A DNA stretch of 58,157 nt, filler included, from Squatina squatina (taxonomy: Eukaryota), in the NCBI GenBank assembly GCA_031763465.1. It is 4 parts of 3 records of this genome, joined end to end, with 100 filler letters (N's around TTAATTAATTAA, not from the genome) between each part and the next. Parts side by side here need not be neighbours in the genome. Positions count along the whole stretch, not along the records: positions 45,194 to 58,157 come from JARFOE010000001.1; 3 more parts are not named here. One strand, given 5' to 3'. How positions within the stretch are numbered: the stretch's first letter is position 1; the number at the start of each line of letters is the position of its first letter. Shown piece by piece: positions 49,080-58,157 of this stretch. The notes under the pieces were generated by a model, which worked only from the letters and a program-made list of their open reading frames with translations, ran no database searches and was not told where the DNA came from. A program made the position numbers and the translations under genes.

Positions 49080-50987
49080 ANNNNNNNNNNNNNNNNNNNN
49101 NNNNNNNNNNNNNNNNNNNNNNNNNNNNNNNNNNNNNNNNNNNNNNNNNNNNNNNNNNNNNNNNNNNNNNNNNNNNNNNNGTATATTTGCAATTACTTTG
49201 CTGGAGGTTGGAAAGGCAGATTATATGTTACGAATAAATATTGTACAGACATTTTGTACTTTTCTTTGTAATCATTTAATAATACTGTAATTTAAAATTT
49301 GTCTGCCATAATTTACTGATTATAGATGTGAATGAATGCATAATGGACACACACAACTGTGCAAATACTGCAGGTAACCAATAGAATGTATTTAATCAAT
49401 AACATGCACATTTAAAAAAATATTTCTATCACTCTCACATTTAAACAACTGTTTCTGTGGGGATTCAGTCAATCAATCACTCACTAAAGTTATGGCAATA
49501 GATTGGGACAACCCCTGCCCAACTTCAGAGGCTTAGTTCTGATTGATTCACTGTAACTGCTGAATTAAATCAGTTTTGCTTTCTGTCTCGCTTGTTGAAA
49601 CATTCAGGACAGTTTCTTTTCCAAAATGGCTTTCACTAGGGTGGGGGCAGCCCGGCCATGTGTTGCCCTCTGAACCTGGCCAATCAGTTTATTTAACACT
49701 TTCCAGNNNNNNNNNNNNNNNNNNNNNNNNNNNNNNNNNNNNNNNNNNNNNNNNNNNNNNNNNNNNNNNNNNNNNNNNNNNNNNNNNNNNNNNNNNNNNN
49801 NNNNNNGCACAGGCCAAAGATTGAACTGGAAATTCTCCTGTTCTGTATGGCTTAGCAATATACCGAGAAACTTTATCCACAAAGCCAACAGGAGGAGTAC
49901 TGCAGTTTAACATTTAGTCTCTGCTGATCCTCAGAGGGGAAAAAAGCCCAAGATAAGTTCTCACCCGGATTTATAATCAAATGCTCTGGTCTCATTTAAT
50001 ATTTTCCCTCCATTCTCCAGTACTTCAATCTGCCTCTGAATTTCATAATCTGTTATAAAGAAAACTACCATTATTATATTACAAATGATCACAGTAAAGA
50101 TCTCTGTAACAAAGCANNNNNNNNNNTGTTGTTATGGCCACAAAAACAAATAAAGCAAAAATACTGACTTATTTGGGTAGAGTTTAGGGTAATGGACTTC
50201 AATTGGATACACTGTAAGGAGGACAAAATAAAGCTTCACAATGCCATGCAGTTAAAAGTACAGATTAGAACAGATGGAGGACATTCACAGACCGATTGCT
50301 CTTGCCAAAAATCGGGCACTGTTAATATTCTTCACTTCAGCTCTCACGCCATATGGCTCCCCAGGTCGGTGTACAGAAATGTTGGCATCCACTCTTAACT
50401 GTCCCTCTGTACAAATGAAAGTGAGACGTAACTACAATCTACCTTTATAGAAATGGAATGCGTACAATCTGTTTACCGTTATGGGATAGTAATGTTGTAA
50501 ATACACATTAAAATTAAATAAAACTTCACTGAACCATGGTTCTTTCACACTGGAGAATTTAAGTCTGTTTCCTAGCAGAGTATAACATGAAGGAATAATG
50601 TTAACCAGGCATGATGCATACATTTCAGGCTGCATTAAATTTCCAAGTCTGAAAAATCTTCTACAACTTGCAGAATACTATCTGTTTTTCCATCAAACAT
50701 TATACTGTATCATGGTGAATAATAAATGAATACTGTTACTTACTTTAAACTGGGAAAATAAAGCTATTCTGTTGATATTTCTTTATTAAATATCTGAAAT
50801 GGTGTGAAGCCATGAAGAATCAGTACATTAAAAATAAGAGTTAAATTATGTTAAGACTTTTATATCTTCTCTTAATAGACCTTTATAAACAATTTTCTGT
50901 ATAATTTTCAATTTATTAGACAAGGAAGGGGTAAAGTATGTGTTTATACAAGCTCTCTACTTCAGGATTATAAAACATTATCCTTAC

Positions 50988-51110
50988 CTGCCATATTTCC
51001 ATGGCTTGTACCAAGTGTCTGTAGGATAAGTTGGAGTTCTCGAACTGCTGCTGCCGCTTCGTCACCACAGCACATATCTGGCTCCATAACAATCTCTATC
51101 AAACCAACCC
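50988..51110 (-). CDS. GATB: GATB (PET112) internal exon ([41 protein letters not shown])
   Basis: Acceptor tttgattgcag, donor CAG|gtaagg, 123 nt, phase 1-1. Matches recalled human [42 protein letters not shown]. Absent from the ORF track. Confidence 0.92.
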
Positions 51111-51331
51111 CTGCAATCAAACAATATTTAGCAAATATCTTTTGGAAAAAAATACATTGTCATTTTAAGTCTAGGGTGGGGAGAGCTGAAGGTGGGAAAA
51201 TAAGGGAATGGAGAAGTAAATTTTATGTAGANNNNNNNNNNNNNNNNNNNNNNNNNNNNNNNNNNNNNNNNNNNNNNNNNNNNNNNNNNNNNNNNNNNNN
51301 NNNNNNNNNNNNNNNNNNNNNNNNNNNNNNN

Positions 51332-51420
51332 CAGTCCATCTACGTCCTCCTGAAGTCGGTTACTATCCTCCTCACTGTTTACTACAGTTCCGAGTTCCGT
51401 GCCATCTGCAAACTTTGAAA
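51332..51420 (-). mobile_element. CR1 RT fragment
   Basis: ISKFADGTELGTVVNSEEDSNRLQEDVDGL. Confidence 0.85.
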
Positions 51421-53170
51421 TGAGGTGGTCACAACTTTGGATTGCCGCAGTAATGCGTCTGAAGACAGTTGACCCCAGGAATGCTGTACTGGCTGAATAC
51501 ATTGAATACCTTGCCAGTAACTTAATTTCTCAACATCGAACATTAGGAGTGAGAAAAATGCAGACAGCAAGCGTTTTATTATAATTGTTTCATTAGGAAC
51601 AGCAAAATCCCAAGTGTACTGCAGCGGTTCATTCAGCTAAGCATATCAGAGAACGACAGCATCCTATTCCAGTGTAACTTTAAAAAAAAAGTCAAAAAAT
51701 TACCCACTTAATAGAAGTTATTCTAAATTATGCACAAGCTTACTGGCAAGTCAGCGTAGAAGTAGTGTTTTCTGTCAAATGTGGATTTCTTATTAATGGT
51801 ACAGTTTAGGGCCAAGCCAGTCATCACAGCTCCTTCCACACAGTGTTTGTTAAGNNNNNNNNNNNNNNNNNNNNNNNNNNNNNNNNNNNNNNNNNNNNNN
51901 NNNNNNNNNNNNNNNNNNNNNNNNNNNNNNNNNNNNNNNNNNNNNNNNNNNNNNCATCACATTGAACAGACGCAAGTAAATCGTGCATCGCGATCCCTGT
52001 ACCCTTTTTTGGGAGCTGTCAAATTTAGCCCCCCTTGTTCCCAAAAAGGAAAAGAGTTTTTCACCACATAGTCTATATTCTTAATGACTGGTTAACCATA
52101 TTATCCAACAGATACATTCATCAGGAAATTGGTGGAGGGGAGGGGGAGAATGGTGGATGGCTATTACCACAGCAAATATACTTGTGAACAGAGAAAATAC
52201 AGCATTAAAATTGTAAGACAGAGCAGGAGTGAGTTTGCTTAACAACAAGTTTTGTCATGGAGTGATAGGGCAGATTCCCTTCCTGCAATTTTTCCTACTT
52301 GGTATATTCCCAATGTTGGCTTGGCAACAAGCTAGAGGCAATGTACCAAATCATGGTAACTGGGTTGCTGTTTCAGCTACTTCTGTTCGACTGAATTTTG
52401 CTTCTTTCCCTTCCTGCCAGAATTATATTCCCAGTGTAAAATGTTTGAATACTACCAGCAGATGGTTTACATATTTTAATCAGTGCCTTATTGACCTAAG
52501 AACGACATTGGCAGAAATCATAGTTGGTTTTGTTCGACAGTAAATCCCAGTGCCTGCTGAACTAAACCAACCCCCAAAAATTATCCTCTGATGTTCAGTT
52601 GATTAATTCTATCAATAAATGGACACTAACTCATTGGACACGAGATGGTGCTGTACCTCCCATTCTGTTAAGCGGTGCAAAAACAAAACATTTTTCATAT
52701 ACTAGCTCCTCAGAGCATTACTATGATCAAGAAAACTCATGGCTACATGGGGCGATAATTTTTGTGGGAGCACAAAGGAATTGCTGGGCAGTATAGATTT
52801 GATTCTGCCTGGAACTTCCGCTTTAGCGCTGCAAGAGGGAAGTGGAGCACTAAATCAAGCGCAACAATTTCCCTTAGAGGACTAACGGGAGTGAGAGGGG
52901 TGGCAGAGCGTTGAGCAATGTTCGGGGCAGCACTGCAGGTTTTACAGACTCCTTCCCTCCCTTAAAGGGAAGGGCCAATGCTGCGTTGATTGAATCCTCA
53001 GGTTGTGTCTGTTGAGCGATGGCNNNNNNNNNNNNNNNNNNNNNNNNNNNNNNNNNNNNNNNNNNNNNNNNNNNNNNNNNNNNNNNNNNNNNNNNNNNNN
53101 NNNNNNNNNNNNNNNNNNNNNNNTCTCGGCCTTTTGCCTAGATTTATCATTTAAAGAAAAGAGCACTCAC

Positions 53171-53243
53171 CCAGGCACTGAATTCCATCCAGGGCAACTT
53201 GGGTAGCTGTCTCTGCAGCGTAAAGAATCACACCTGCGCAATC
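53171..53243 (-). CDS. IVD: IVD (isovaleryl-CoA dehydrogenase) C-terminal-region exon ([25 protein letters not shown])
   Basis: Strong acceptor cttcttccttttccag, donor G|gtgagt, 73 nt. Matches recalled human [25 protein letters not shown]. Absent from the ORF track. Confidence 0.9.
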
Positions 53244-53427
53244 CTGGAAAAGGAAGAAGAGGTAAATGAGGTCCTAAATCTGTAGATGCTTTGGGTAGCT
53301 AGTTGTATTTAAGTAACCAGGACTCAAAGTGTGCAATCTCAATCAATACCCCACGCCACTCAATATATTGTTGAACCGACCTGATAGATCGCAATGTTCC
53401 TTTCTAGTCCTATGCATTCCTCATCTA

Positions 53428-53540
53428 AAGAAAGAACGAACTTGCATTTATACAGCGCTTTTCACAACTTCGAGATGTCCCAAAGTGCTTTACAACCAAT
53501 GACATACTTTTTAAAGTATAGTCACTGTTGTAATGCAGGA
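53428..53540 (-). mobile_element. DeuSINE 3' tail
   Basis: aacttgcatttatacagcgcttttcacaacttcgagatgtcccaaagtgctttacaaccaatg. Confidence 0.8.
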
Positions 53541-54438
53541 TAATATATAATAAATATTCAAGGACCAAGAAAGCTTGTCGTCAGAGTAACCAGATTCAGA
53601 TAGGTTATTAGGAGGTTCTTGAGAGAGGCAGGGTGCCCATTGTCAATGTGGGAATTCAGCTTTGATCTGAAAGTTTAGTAAATACCAAGGACAGCCTTTG
53701 AGGCTGAAGACAATGCTCAGGACTTTCCACTTCAGCTCTCCTGGCATATGTTTGGATCGCATATCAAGAAATTCCATTCCTCCAGCCTGTGATTTTCCAA
53801 CCAAATGGTCAATAAATTATGGGCTAGGAGTGCAGAATTTCCCGATACGTTATCTCAATGTGTGCCAGGACCACCAAAGTGGAAAATTCCAGCCGGTGAA
53901 TTTCATAACATACTTCAACTGTGAAGCATATCACAGCATGCCCGATCATGTCCTCACCCCACAATGGTTTCTGGCAGAGGTCACTGAATGGGAGTCTGGC
54001 TGACTTTTCCGCCTCCTCGGTCCAGGGTTGCTGAGGGCAATTCTTTTCTCATTTTTATTTACAATATTTCTGAAAGACCTGAAGAAAACTGCACATCACC
54101 TTTTCAGATCAATATCAGTCCACAGGACGTTCCCAGAACAATTAACTATCTAAGCCCACTATTTTTGGAGCTCTATAGCTTGCATAGGCCCTGACCCTCC
54201 CAATCTGGACAGGCTTGCGCTTATCATTATTCTCAGTCTGCATTTTGGTATATCAAGATATTTTAAATATATGCCCATATTGTTTTTCCAAACAGGTTTA
54301 TGTTAAATATCTAGTTGTATAAATAAGAATAATATCTANNNNNNNNNNNNNNNNNNNNNNNNNNNNNNNNNNNNNNNNNNNNNNNNNNNNNNNNNNNNNN
54401 NNNNNNNNNNNNNNNNNNNNNNNNNNNNNNNNNNNNNN

Positions 54439-54800
54439 AAAGAAATTATGCTAAGTTTTATGAAACACTGGTTCGGCCCCAGCTAGAGGATTGTGTCCAA
54501 TTCCAGGCACCACACTTAGGAAGGATGTCAAGGCCTTAGAGATGGTGCAGAGGGGATTTACTAGAATGGTAGCAGGAATGTGGGACTTCTGTTGTGTGGA
54601 GAGACTAGGGAAGCTGGGTTTGTGCTCCTTAAAGCTGAGAAGGTTTAGAGGAGATTTAATAAAGGCGTTCAGGATCATGAAGGGTTTTGCTAGAGTACAT
54701 AAGGAGAAACTGTTTCTAGTGGCAGAATGGTCAGTGACCAGAGGGCACAGATTTAAGGCAATTGGCAAGAGAACCAGAGGTGAGCAGGAGATTTTCTTTT
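54439..54800 (+). mobile_element. CR1 ORF2 C-terminal fragment
   Basis: LRKDVKALEMVQRGFTRMVAGM...LGLCSLKLRRFRGDLIKAFRIMKG...TRGHRFK. Confidence 0.9.
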
Positions 54801-55974
54801 AAATGTTGTCTGCTCTATTTCTCAGCTTTAATTAGGTGGCTGGCAGACGAAAATCACCCCTTGGAATTTTAACTTTTTGGTCATTGATATTTGCAACCAG
54901 CTGAAGACAGGCTAATTTGAAGGAACACTGAGCTAAATATAGAGACGAGTCCAACAAACATGCCCACTTGAGCAAGAATTATTCTATCATACATAGATCA
55001 TTATAGAAAAACATGCACTTCATCAGCACACCTTCATCTTTAAACCTTTATACATCAGCTCAAAAGGTATCTGTATCTTCTTTTTATTGTCTCCATCCCC
55101 TTGATTCCCGTATTGAGCTTGTGCCCTATTTTCAGATGACTGATTAGCACTGATAGAATCTACTTGTGCTAGTTTTACAGTCCCATATCTGGGACAAAAT
55201 ACTGTCTATACTCACATAAAAAAACAAGACATTTAGGTCACTGCCTGGAGGTTGAAAATAGTGCGGGGACCTGTCTGAAACATGAGTCATTGTGGTTGGA
55301 TGGTAGCTCACTTAGGAGCCTGCATTCATCTGCTTTTGGCCCAGTCCCATTCCCCTATCTGTTCTGGACCCTCCTGCGCTTGCCACTTTTCTCCTGCTCC
55401 TGGTCTACACTGCTAAGCTTCCCAATTTCCCGGGGTCCCATTCTGCTCCCTCAGACCCTCAGTCTCCCGTTTCCAAGTCCCAAAATGATATTCATTCTGA
55501 AGTGCAATTATAGTGTAACCCAGGCAAGAAAATGAAAAATATGGGGAGGAACCTGGATTTGCTCATTATTCACCTGTGGAATTCACCACAAATTCTACAG
55601 GAAGTGAGGCTGTGTGCTTCTTGTGCCTACCCGCTCTGTGGCATCTTCACTGGAAGGGGCAGGACTACAGGATGATGTGAGGCGTTCTAATTCCCACTAG
55701 TTCCACCTCACTTGGCCCCGAAGCAGGCTTACAGTGTGTGCCAGGTCTAAATCCTGCTGGAACGGAGGCCAGCAGCTCTTTAAAAGTCATGTTGCCCGAG
55801 TGATTGATTACCTGTGGGAAAGTATCAGATTTGGATTCTGGTCCTTGCAGCTCTTCCTGCAACTTTGTCTGGTTCTGGGATACTGCGGCGAAGTGCAGCT
55901 GAGACATTCCTGCTCCTGTTGCATGCCCCTATTGTGCCGAAGCAGCATAGGCACCTGTCCAAAATATTTACGTG

Positions 55975-56156
55975 GAATTACACAGAATTTACATCACAGA
56001 AACAGGCCATTTGGCCCAACTGGTCTAGGCCTCCCACCTCACTTCATCTAACCTTATCGCCATATCCTTCCATTCCTTTCTCTTTCATGTGTTTATCTAG
56101 CTTCCTCTTAAATGCATCTATCTTCACCTCAACTAATCCTTGCAAGTTCCGCATTC
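55975..56156 (-). mobile_element. CR1 3' UTR fragment
   Basis: acagaaacaggccatttggcccaactggtcta; same subfamily as 41515-41615. Confidence 0.7.
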
Positions 56157-57559
56157 NNNNNNNNNNNNNNNNNNNNNNNNNNNNNNNNNNNNNNNNNNNN
56201 NNNNNNNNNNNNNNNNNNNNNNNNNNNNNNNNNNNNNNNNNNNNNNNNNNNNNNNNGGTAAGGCTCAGATATGCTGAATTTTGTCATGCTGATTGGGCTG
56301 CCCAAAACATTGACAATTGGCATGTAAGTTGGAATAACCTGTTTCTACATTGAGGTGTTCACAACCCGCCCATGCCAAATTATCAGGACTGTTCCGAAAC
56401 CCAAATTGCCCGATATCCTCTCCCAACCTTTTACATTTATCTGTGCTTTCACTTCAAGACTTAAGCATGTGATTTACACTGAACTGCTTTAATGTTCACT
56501 AATATCCAGATGAAAAAGAAATACAGTTGTTCAATAAAATATATCTTTTTGAGAATGATATTAAAAATTTCTATACTGAGGATTTGTGACCTTGGCACAA
56601 TGCATGGATGGTACCGTATGCATTCAATCCACCCACATGAAGTGGCTCAGCTCAGTCATTAGAAGTACTGGCTCCCACCTATATACAGAATAAAAATAAA
56701 TTATCCCATGTCAAAATGACTCTCACATCTCATAGCCTATTCTCTCATCTCTGATTACGTCAAACACAACCCACTCTCCATTTTAATACATTTTACAGAG
56801 AAGTGAAAGGTGACAGCAATGTACATTTCAATTTCTTATTAAAGCAGCCAAGGTTAACTACTTCAAAAGATGTTCATCCAGAGCAGATTGCCAGTTTGGG
56901 AATTTATATTTTCTATTCACAAAGCAGACCGATCTTTATGAAATTCTTTTTTTTTCATCTTGCATCAAGAACATTTCTTCCTGTGTTAAATTGAAGACAT
57001 CCAAAGGCTGTACTTAGCATAAGAATCTTCTGGTTACCATGGATGCAATCCACCAGTCAGGGCTGCCCAGTATTCTCTCGACTCAAGAGGTTTTACCTCA
57101 TTTTATGACTCAGAATGTTCCTGTATGATTATCTAGGTTGCTTTCTTTTTCTTCGGTTTGAGTATAAAAAAACATAATTGAGGCATAGACATAGCACCAG
57201 CTTAATGCCTGTGTTAGAAACTCTGGGTTATACGTATAATCATAAAAAACAAAAGCGGGCCAGCTGATTGCGTTGTGAGCCTGGGTCAAGTTAACAGAGG
57301 AGCTGTGCACAAACTGGGACATGTACACCGTCCCATGTTCCCTGCTGTTATTTTTATCTGGCTTCCTATGCAGACTGATTGTTTCAGATAGCCACATTAC
57401 ACTCTCCCGAACAATAGGCAAGCCTGTTCTTTATAAACAGGTTTACAANNNNNNNNNNNNNNNNNNNNNNNNNNNNNNNNNNNNNNNNNNNNNNNNNNNN
57501 NNNNNNNNNNNNNNNNNNNNNNNNNNNNNNNNNNNNNNNNNNNNNNNNTTTTAGATCAA

Positions 57560-57970
57560 ATGTGTAGTGGTGTTCCCCAGGGGACGGTGTTGGGACCACT
57601 GCTCTTTTTGATAGCTATTAATGACCTGGACTTGGGTATACGGGACAAAATTTCAAAATTTGCAGATGATATGAAACTCAGAAATGTAATAAACAGTGAG
57701 GAGGATAGTAACAGACTTCAGGAGGATATAGACTGACTGGTGAAATGGGCAGACACACAGCAGTTGAAATGTAATGCAGAGAAGGGTGAAGTGATTCATT
57801 TTGGTCAGAAGAATGAGAAGAGGCAATATAAACTAAATGGTACAATGTTAAAAGGGGTGCAGGGACAGACAGACCTGCGGGTGTACGAACATGAGTCTCT
57901 GAATGTGGCAGAACAAGTTGAGAAGGCTGTTAAAAAAGCTTAAGGGATCCTTAGCTTTATATATAGAGAC
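57560..57970 (+). mobile_element. CR1 RT-domain fragment
   Basis: SGVPQGTVLGPLLFLIAINDLDLG...ISKFADDMKL...RLQEDID*LVKWAD; contains in-frame stops. Confidence 0.9.
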
Positions 57971-58157
57971 ACAGGAGGTGAAATTGGGCTTCTTTGCACC
58001 TACCGTTAGCGCCTCTAGGGCGCAAATGGGTTTGCGACCAGGCGGGGCGAGATGAGCGCCTCCCGTTAAATTCAGTGGGAGTTTAGAGGCGGCAGTGCAG
58101 TGTTGCGCCTCGATCTCCTGCACCCGGAGATCGTGATGTAATTGCAGTGCGCCCCAG

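Noticed and set aside
20742-53243. ETFA + IVD + GATB as a mitochondrial gene cluster (IVD passes electrons to ETF)
   Set aside because: ETFA is separated from the others by two artificial linkers and the IVD contig placement is doubtful; there is no evidence of physical linkage.

Overview
This is vertebrate nuclear DNA, almost certainly from a shark or other elasmobranch given its CR1/HER1, L2, DeuSINE and Harbinger repeats. It comes from a highly fragmented draft assembly and is not one continuous locus. About 40 short contigs are joined by mostly 100-N gaps, and three artificial N44-TTAATTAATTAA-N44 linkers (18484-18583, 32453-32552, 45094-45193) divide it into four blocks. Block 1 has ARAP2 exons (-). 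Block 2 has the last ETFA exon (+) convergent with the last TMEM266 exon (-). Block 3 has at least five CEP192 or CEP192-like exons (-). Block 4 has a large FHIP1A/FAM160A1 exon (+), a GATB exon (-) and an out-of-place IVD exon (-). The rest is intronic, UTR or intergenic DNA rich in decayed LINEs, SINEs, hAT/Harbinger elements and minisatellites. I find no supportable new multi-gene system. The most unusual real signals are a three-part templated inverted insertion in a CEP192 intron, a minisatellite that supplies the ARAP2 splice acceptor, nested transposon insertions, two LINE-SINE tail-sharing pairs and a few orphan exon-like segments. Gene identities rest on recalled protein similarity plus splice and phase logic, not database searches.
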